A stretch of 64,000 nucleotides of DNA. It comes from Chrysomallon squamiferum (taxonomy: Eukaryota; Animalia; Mollusca). The stretch lies in assembly GCA_012295275.1 (NCBI GenBank), contig CM022671.1, forward strand, positions 7,254,001 to 7,318,000, in the 5' to 3' direction. The notes under the pieces are model-generated. The model saw only the letters and a program-made list of their open reading frames with translations. It did not search any database and was not told the origin of the DNA. Within the stretch, counting starts at the first letter, position 1, and every line of letters starts with the position of its first letter. This document shows positions 56,001 to 64,000 of this stretch, piece by piece. Both the position numbers and the translations under genes were made by a program.

Positions 56001-59000
56001 CTCTTACTTTTATTTTTGAAACAGGATGAGGCTTTTCTCTCTGTTCTTTTTTATATAAATTTTTTTTTCTTTTTTATATATACATAATAAAAAAAATTCT
56101 TCTGTAAATATAAATAATCATTCTCAACAACAAGAAGCAATTCAAAATTTACTAACGGAGAACTCTGAAACAACACCTATCACTAAACACCAGACCAGAA
56201 CAAATTTCAGCTACTTCATACCTGCTTGATGCTTAGATCCTGAATCGACGTCACATTCACTGTGACTCCTGCTCGAGGTACGACCACGCCCTCTCCCCCG
56301 ACCCCTCAATCGACCAGGCATCCCCCGAGCTGACAGTCTAGGTAAATTAACTGTTCTGTCTTCAGTAGGAGATGATGGAGTTACAGGTGATTTGCCCATA
56401 GGTGTCTGGGGTGTGCGTCCTGAGGTGGGCAAGTTCGCACCTCGTACTGGAGATGATGGAGCATTTTCATCTTCAGTATCAGCCGTTTCAGAAGCTTAAA
56501 ACAAAATATAAAAGAAGTAACACTTGTTTACTGACACCGCAATACATTTCAGCATTATACAGTTACTGAAGTGTTCTCAGAATTTTTATGATGTTAAAAA
56601 TAGAAACTGAACTACTGTTATCAATTAGCTCTTTTTTCATTACCATAGACAGAAAAACATAATGAGTGGAAATTATCCTGACTTGAAAGAAATATATAAT
56701 AAAGACATACCAGTATCAACTGTATCATATTCATCTTTTCCTTTCTGCAGAGCCAGTTTTCTCCTCGTTTTAAAAATCTCTCTCTTAATTCGTTTGGCAA
56801 ATTTTGATCTTTTTCCTTGAAAACAAAACAAGAATGAAATTTAACAACAAGTTAATGTTTAAAGAATCAATACACTTTAATGTTAAAGTCGTGGTCTCAG
56901 TTTTATGCATACAGATTAATTTATGGAATAAAAGCAACAGATCTTCTACACATATGCATCTTTCCAATGACAGAAAAGTAAGTCAGAACAGAACCCTTAA
57001 TTAGCAATATTTTTTTATTTTTATAAATTCCAAAAAACAGACACCAAAGTGACCATACAAAACCAACCTCCACGTAACATGGTATTGGCAGTGTCCATTT
57101 TGTCCAAGAGAATACGAAGTTGCTCCTCCAGAGGCATCCCATCTTGGATCCCTTGTTGCATAAAGTCATCAACTGAAACAATAAATAAAGAAGGATAAAA
57201 AGAAGGAAAGAAAGAAAAGAACCGAAATCAATCAATCAATCTGATCAATCAGAAAAGAAATCCTTTTCATATTATTTTTTTCTAAAAATAAGTTGTGAGT
57301 TTTATATACATAATCACATGCACAGTTATGGATTTTATTACTATTAAAACTAAAAAAAAATCTTTTTTTGGTTCCAATAAATTATTTATTTTCATGAATT
57401 TTCAAATAAATATTGTAATTCAGAAGCTATAACATACAGTTTCTCAATAAAAGAACACATCAGTTTTAAATGTCATTAAATTATACCAGGACCGTTACAT
57501 GCATTATCTGTTTCTAATGTTAATAGTATCAGTAACAACATACTGTCTTCAATGATAACAGGAGGTTTGTCTGAGGTTGTAGGTTGTTTTGGAAGATGAA
57601 GTCCAGTCTCTGGATCAAAGCCTACTTGCTCTGCCATACGACGTGTAGATCGGATTATGCTGCCTCCCTTAATTCATAAATAATTATTAAAAAAATTAAA
57701 AATTAAAAATATTATATTAAAGCAGATGAATGTAAATGTGTAATTAATGATATCAACACATTTTATATTAGGTTATTACATGTCAATCACACGTTTTTCT
57801 TGTTTAATGATGATATAACAGGAAATATGTTGCTGTCACTCATGCAGAAAAATGTAAAGATATATATTAAAAATATAAAACTGAAATTTTTTTAGTTACA
57901 TTCCCAACTTTGTAATGTCCGATTTACCTATCCTTTTATTAATATACATGCATTATTATTAGTATTATTGTTTTTTTTTTAAATTTTAATATAAAGAATA
58001 TTTACAAGCTCAGCAAGTTCTATACTACTTTCTCACCACTAATTTGTATGTTGTTTGGCATAACCTCATTAAACACTGCATTAAAATGTATAATATTATA
58101 TGGAGTTTTATTTATTTTTTATTTGTCTTATTCTCATTCATATTTCCAAATTATATTTTTTTTTAAATTAATAATAAAATAATTTGTTTATATAATAAAT
58201 AAAAACAAAATATAAAAAAAATATAAAAATTTAACTTCGATATAGAAGAATTTAAATAAACAAATAAATATATAAAAATAATTTAATATTCCATTTAAAA
58301 AAAGCCTTGAAAGTAATCTTCATAAAAAGAGAGAAAAAAGTGTGAAATGGAGAATGCTCTAAAAACCTAAAAATCTGCTGACAAAAATTATATTCATACC
58401 ATTCATGCATCATAAACAAAATTTTTGAAAAACAATAAATTAACTTTTTAAATATGAGGGTATTTTCTTTCAGTAATCTGCTAGAGTAATTATGAACAAA
58501 CGTAATGACCTCTCAGCATTATTTATTTTTTCCCCCCATAATATTATATATCTTTTCTTCCAGAATATTTTCCCATGATCTTAAGCTATGAAACATACAG
58601 CAGTGCTTCCAGACAGGAAAATTAATGCTTCACAAAAAGAAATCTGACAGACTATGACAGATTCAACTCTAGCAACAACACAGTCAAAGGCTAGCTTTGA
58701 TGTGAACACTGGCTTTATGTAAGACCTGGCACGGTATATAACTCAAGAACACCTGACGTCTTTTGTCATCAGGCCTCTTTCAAATGCATATTGTCTCCTA
58801 TAAAGCATTATCAAACCGCTTACTGGATGTCCCTTAGGTTACACACTTTCTCTTGAAGTCAGACAGAGAGGTTTAACATCAATCGTGTCTGGACTGTTAC
58901 GGTCTGTGAACAGCGTAATGAGGAAGTGTGTATGTAGGTGGGCAGACTGACCGTGTAAAACAAACTGTAAATAATTAGCTCGTTTGCAGGTGGACGCATG

Positions 59001-62000
59001 CAACTGTCAGCAGGAAAGTTTGTTACTGATCTGTTATTCAGGTGGTAATGACATAACACACAATTCAATGCTGTTAACACTAACCATCCCTTAATGTGAA
59101 AAAAAAAAAATCACTCCTATGTCTGTATGACAGATGGCTAAAAAGAATTATATGATATGTTGCAACATTTGCCACTACCTGTGACATTGATTTACAAAGG
59201 CTTGTTTACTTTTTGAATGATTTTTATTTTTATTATATTTTTTTATTTTTTTTTTTTTTTTTGGTTGTTATTGTTATTTGGTTAGCATTCTGTGAGAAAA
59301 ATTTCAAGATGTTAAATGATGAGACAAATGCAGTGATCTTTTTAAAAAAACCTTTTAGCAACTTTGAAATGAAATGACCTTAATACAATACATTTTCATT
59401 ATTATTATTATTATTATTTATAACTTGTTAGAAAAATAAAATTTATATTTTTGTATTTCATTTTGTTAAGATGTAGGATATAGTTTCCACTTCTAAATGG
59501 TTATTTTGATCAATCACCAAAGATATATCAGATATTAAGTTACAAAAGAAGATGGGAACACCTACTTATCTGACATCTGCAATAGATAGGATATACAAAC
59601 TAACATACAACCATTCACGAAAAAACATTTAAATGGGTGAGAATGAGATGCTGCAAGGTGACAAGATTTTTATTTAATATTACACATAATAAAAATTCAA
59701 TGCTGGAAATAGATCAAACATTCCCATCCTTCAATTTTCTAGATCAAAGCTATCATCAGCTATCACTTTTAAGGTTTGGTTGTCTTTTATGTGAATCATT
59801 AAATAAACACAGCCCAAATGTGGATGTGTATCTATTCTCCATCACAGTGTTAAAGTCTTGCTGTGGGTAATGAGCCCCACACTGCTATCTGTTCATTCAA
59901 GCTTGACCTCAGCACACATCCAACTTTATCAAATACTCTGAGACCCATCATTCACCACTTACTCAAAACAGCTTAAACATGTGAAATGTGAAGTATAAAT
60001 AAATTTCAGTGTATTTATTTTCTGTGGTAGAAAAAGCAACTGATTGTGTCTCTGGTTACCTAATTAACATTCCAAAAGAGGCCAATAGGAAAAATCTTTC
60101 TCAACAAACACATCATTCTCACACAACAAGAACACCACACTTGCCCACACTTCACTCACTGTGTGTGACATGGAAGCAGTTAGCTACATGATACCTAAGA
60201 TTTCTACAAAATGGAATAATTCTAAAACACTCAAACATAAAAATTAACATTCTAACTTGTCAAAAGGTATGTATTTTAACAATATACTGATTGACAGTGC
60301 TAATAAAAACTCAGTATTCTAATAATAAAAATTTTTTTTTTAGTTATGACTACAAAAAAATATATAATAAAATGTAAACATTCTAATATGCAAACATTAC
60401 TTCCACCATACACGTGTACACATCACACATATACGTATTTAAAACAAATAATGTTACAATGTGTGCAATTAATGTTGTGTCTATACATGATGTAACATAA
60501 AACAAACTTACCTGGTCCCGTAATTTCACTGCTGCCCTGAAGAACATAGTGTCTTTCGCATTGTATGTCATACAGTTCTTTATCATCAGTTCAAAATCAC
60601 TTTGAAACTCATCTACAGTTTTATAGTGGTGACCTTCAACTTTGCTTCGCATTGTTTTAAAGTCCATAGGTGTATCAATATATTCCAAATAATCTGGAAC
60701 CTGAGCAGAACCACAGTAATTAAAATTTACATAGGTAAAACAATTTAGACTAAAGTGGTTAAAAAAAAAAAATTCCCAGGTTAGTTCTTGATAATAATCA
60801 TACATGTATTACATTTCGTTTCTAAATTACTTTTTATTATATTACTTCATTAATGTAATGCACAAATAGTATAGTATGTCTAACAAACAAAAAACCAATA
60901 CAATTATTACAAATTAATAATGCCCAAAAAACTAAACAAACAAAAAACTATAAAAAAATATATAATAAAATAAAATTTAAAATATAATTATAAAAAAAAA
61001 CCATTTGTATAAAAAGCAAAAAGTCACACAAATTCAAGAACAAACAATTCCCCTATCCTAGAGTTCAATTTAATGAATTGGAATGTTTGAATTGTGATAA
61101 ATCAAAAATGGATCTCCAATGCCCATAAATCAAATCTAACAAGTCAGTTGGACATGTCAACTGCTGGTGATTAATGATGCTATGACAAAGAAAAAAAAAA
61201 TTTCAAATCTAGTATCTAGTAGTTCAGCTCATTTAATAGAATGCTTCGTTCATACACTGACAAATTAATCACTGAACTGGATTTATTTGTAGCAAATTAA
61301 ACATCTGTCACTTTGTCAGTGTCTCTTAGATGAAGAAGTAATTCCTATGGTCTTTTGGTATGGTATTAATCAGGGGCAGATTCAGAATTTCTTGAAAGGG
61401 GGTGGTGCTGTTATTGAGATGGATGTAACATTTTAAAATAAAATGATTTCATTATAAAAAAAAAAAAAAAATCAAGAAGAAAATATGTGCACATTTTGTC
61501 CAGATGGATCAAGATTATATTAATATTTTCATTTCATCACAATAAAAGTTCACAATATAACATCCAGTTTATGATTATTAAATATAAATTTTATTTATTA
61601 GATTTTTATTAATGTATTTTTTATATCTGCCCAGATAAAATAATTAAAAATCTTTTTGGATTAACTGGGTTGATTTTTGACCATAAAAGTGTGTGTGTGT
61701 GTCAGTGTGCACACATGCATTCATATGACAAAAAAACCCACATAAATAACTATTCTTGGCTCAATAAACATAAGCATATATGAACAGATGCACTGGAGAA
61801 AAATGTGAGAATAATAATAAATATGTCAAAGTAGATTAAACTCCTAAAATGACAAACACAAAAGGTATAAAAAAGAGATACTGACCTCCTTAAGTGAAAC
61901 TGGTTCAGCAAAAATATTTGAAGTGTCTCGTTCTTGTAACTGATCCAGAGTCTGACGTAACAGAATTACAAATGGTTGAAGTTCAAACTCAGTGGCAAGT

Positions 62001-62014
62001 TGATGAATACGAAT
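43585..62014 (-). CDS. BRPF1: Peregrin/BRPF-family scaffold of MOZ/MORF/HBO1 acetyltransferase complexes, 3' part (bromodomain + linker + PWWP), 12 exons; 5' exons outside window
   Basis: Hand-spliced exons 62014-61886, 60700-60512, 57667-57544, 57172-57068, 56815-56711, 56494-56222, 55908-55351, 52817-52683, 50440-49778, 47578-47472, 44296-44153, 43777-43585. All have GT-AG ends and matching phases except one extra base in 44296-44153. Peptides match the BRPF bromodomain and PWWP as I recall them. Confidence 0.95.
44153..44296 (-). CDS. BRPF1: BRPF PWWP exon ([11 protein letters not shown][+1 nt][37 protein letters not shown]), frameshifted as given
   Basis: ctgcag acceptor, gtgagt donor; 144 nt where 3n+2 (143) is required; both halves match BRPF PWWP but in different frames. 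Confidence 0.93.
47472..47578 (-). CDS. BRPF1: BRPF exon: PWWP start ([36 protein letters not shown])
   Basis: ttcag acceptor, gtgagt donor, 107 nt, phase 1-0; [14 protein letters not shown] signature. Confidence 0.97.
49778..50440 (-). CDS. BRPF1: Probable large Lys/Arg/Ser-rich BRPF cassette exon (221 codons)
   Basis: Overlaps ORF 49704..50435; ctgtcctattag acceptor, gtaata donor, 663 nt stop-free, phase 1-1 compatible with neighbouring exons. Confidence 0.75.
52683..52817 (-). CDS. BRPF1: Probable BRPF cassette exon ([45 protein letters not shown])
   Basis: gtgtag acceptor with weak pyrimidine tract, gtgggt donor, 135 nt, phase 1-1, stop-free; GC-richer than flanking intron. Confidence 0.7.
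55351..55908 (-). CDS. BRPF1: BRPF linker exon with RRTAVLF, PGRPPK, SFRCYRN and Ser-rich motifs
   Basis: Within ORF 55334..55996; ttgtag acceptor, gtgaga donor, 558 nt, phase 1-1. Confidence 0.92.
56222..56494 (-). CDS. BRPF1: BRPF low-complexity linker exon (S/T-P rich, RGRGRGRGR)
   Basis: Overlaps ORF 56211..56432; tttaag acceptor, gtatga donor, 273 nt, phase 1-1. Confidence 0.88.
56711..56815 (-). CDS. BRPF1: BRPF exon ([35 protein letters not shown])
   Basis: ttcaag acceptor, gtatgt donor, 105 nt, phase 1-1; resembles the BRPF RSRRAKMIKKEM..LRRKLA helix. Confidence 0.9.
57068..57172 (-). CDS. BRPF1: BRPF exon ([35 protein letters not shown])
   Basis: tttcag acceptor, gttggt donor, 105 nt, phase 1-1; LEEQL..LL motif of BRPFs. 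Confidence 0.9.
57544..57667 (-). CDS. BRPF1: BRPF exon after bromodomain ([41 protein letters not shown])
   Basis: ttaag acceptor, gtatgt donor, 124 nt, phase 0-1; resembles human GGAVLRQARRQAEKMGID. Confidence 0.9.
58600..59060. promoter_or_regulatory. Intronic unique-sequence island, candidate enhancer
   Basis: GC-richer and retains CpGs in an otherwise CpG-depleted intron; inverted TCAAAG/CTTTGA pair at 58684-58700, TGACAG sites, one GGTGGACGC. Confidence 0.35.
60512..60700 (-). CDS. BRPF1: BRPF exon: bromodomain core ([17 protein letters not shown]...[22 protein letters not shown])
   Basis: Within ORF 60383..60805; ctcag acceptor, gtaagt donor, 189 nt; PDY/PMD motifs and the acetyl-lysine-binding Asn (YN) are intact. 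Confidence 0.97.
61371..61634. mobile_element. Possible degenerate MITE in BRPF intron
   Basis: Left end caggggcagattcagaatttcttgaaaggggg; right end atctgcccag is a near reverse complement of caggggcagat. Confidence 0.35.
61886..62014 (-). CDS. BRPF1: BRPF exon: start of bromodomain ([43 protein letters not shown])
   Basis: ttctgcag acceptor, gtcagt donor, 129 nt, phase 0-0; resembles human BRPF1 [29 protein letters not shown]. Confidence 0.95.
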
Positions 62015-64000
62015 CTGCAGAAAAAAAAAATTAAAATTATTTACAAGATTATTAATCTTAAATTTTTATCCAATCCAAATGGATGAAATAATTATTTGAA
62101 TAAGAAATTTTTTTAGATCTTATAAATGTATTTTAAAATAATACCTAAATGAATGTATGAATACTGAGTTAAGTTATTATCATAAGTTTATATTAAATGA
62201 ACAAAATGAGCACCAGTCTGTGTTTTACTGTAACAATTATTGGGTTTCAAATATGTGTTTTTTTCTGTAATGAGAACATTATAAATAAAAAATCCACTAT
62301 GTCCATTCCATAGGTTACTCTGACTGAGAATATTTTAACACATTTTTCTATTAACATCATAAATGATAACCTGACAGCAAGCACTGGTTGCAGTGATGTA
62401 CTTGCTACCCAGTCTAGAAACATAAGTTCCAATTGATAGTCACCATTATTACTATTTATTTTTAATAATAATATAATTATAGTAACTGTTCTTTGAAAAT
62501 TCTTTATCAATTTCTCATTCAGAAACCTCTATATTGGTCAATATTATTAGCCTGAATAAAAAATGAATATTGTACATTAAGTGTATTGAATTATTCATCA
62601 AATTCATGAATTATTCTGAGTATTTTTATGACTAATTGTTTATGCACAAAATGCAAATAAACAACTCAGTTGTGCTCTTCAAAATATATTTTTATGACAT
62701 GAATATGTAATTAACACTGAAAGTGACACCAAAATGCCATAACGTTGAACAAAGAAAGTAAATGATTACATTTTGTTTAAATGATCAACTTTAAAAAAAA
62801 AAATAGTAATAAAGAACAGAATGTTCATAAAAAAAAAAAAAAAGGTAAACAACATTCAATTAACTGCTTTTTATTTTTAATGTTAATTTTCATTCTAGAA
62901 ATAGCAAAAGAATGGAAATGTCATGTTCCATGCTGGCAAGCCGTATTAAAGATAATTTCCATTTCAAATGAGTTGGACGGGCCATGATTTAAACATCTTT
63001 TGAATTTGGCTGTCCCAGATTTAAACAGGTTTTAAATTGGTCTGTCCCATGGGCTAAGTAATTGAAACATTGACAGTCAAGTCATGATTCTGACCCACGC
63101 AACATCATGGTCCTTACAAGAAACACAGAAGTTTACGTAACATGCACCTAAGATCGTGACCTTTGGCCAGAAGTCTTAAAGCCTGAAGAAGTCATTGTGA
63201 TGATCATGCATGTACTCAACAATAGATTTGTCTCAAGCACATCTAATTAATACAGTCTGTTTACAAAAGATCATTTAACACCACACAAGAGACCCTGTTC
63301 ACTTCAAACAGCTGCATCACAATACAATTTTAAAATATTCTAAATAAATCTTTATGTGGCCTTTGGTTTTTTTTCTCTCTTCTTTTTAATTAGAGAAATT
63401 AGGAAGCACTATATCAAAGAAGATGCTCTGATAAATTTTAGTGGAACAAAAATAAAACTAAGTTGCTTAATATAGCTATAAATTAATTACAGAGCATTCT
63501 GCATGTTTATTAATGATAATAAATTTAATGGAGCAGCAAACAGCCTATTACTGATTTTATTATCTCTCCATCTACATAGGCTGTACTGTTTTAAAACAAA
63601 GATAAGGCTAAACAAAAACTGTTTATGTGGTCTAATTTAAGATATTTTAAGAATTATAGAACAGGCAGGTTTTTAAAAGTACATACAACCAAATTAAATT
63701 ATTATTATTATTATACAAAAAAACAAAAACAAATAAGAAATCATTACATATCATTTTTTTTCATATATTATATATTTTAATACAGTGGACAGAATATTCA
63801 GATATCTGTATTCAGCAGTATTTTTTTAAAAAGCAGGTAAAGTGTGTATGAGTCAGCAACATCAAAGCAGACAAGGTTTCTACATGAGCCGCATTATTAC
63901 CTGTATCGAACAGGCCACTGTGGTTCTCAAACATCAACGTCAGACATACATACAGTATAAATATCTACTGACATTTTGCCTTAGTTGGCTGTCTCATGCA

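Noticed and set aside
57487-57543. In-frame extension of the 57667 exon to a downstream gtataa donor
   Set aside because: Upstream gtatgt donor is stronger and the extension is intron-like; possible only as a minor isoform
63895-63960. Minus-strand CAG|gtaata donor-like site as the next upstream BRPF exon
   Set aside because: No frame encodes the expected EPC-II segment (LRHDLERARLL.ELIRKREK); that exon must lie beyond the window

Overview
AT-rich, microsatellite-dense animal genomic DNA. It is probably an invertebrate such as a mollusc, which is an inference from composition, repeat style and protein sequence. The window has two compartments. (1) About 1-42 kb has no confidently identifiable coding gene: simple repeats and local duplications alternate with short (200-600 bp) CpG-rich unique islands that look regulatory. 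(2) About 42.5-64 kb is the CpG-depleted 3' half of a minus-strand BRPF/peregrin (BRPF1/Br140-type) gene. Twelve GT-AG exons traced by hand encode the bromodomain, a long low-complexity linker and the C-terminal PWWP domain (stop at 43585-43587); the PZP/EPC exons lie beyond the window end. The penultimate PWWP exon carries one extra base (frameshift; assembly error or null allele), and the linker contains a 663-nt basic exon with no counterpart I recognise in vertebrate BRPF1. Nearly all other ORFs in the track are microsatellite artefacts. I did not find convincing evidence of a wholly new system; the best leads are listed as findings.
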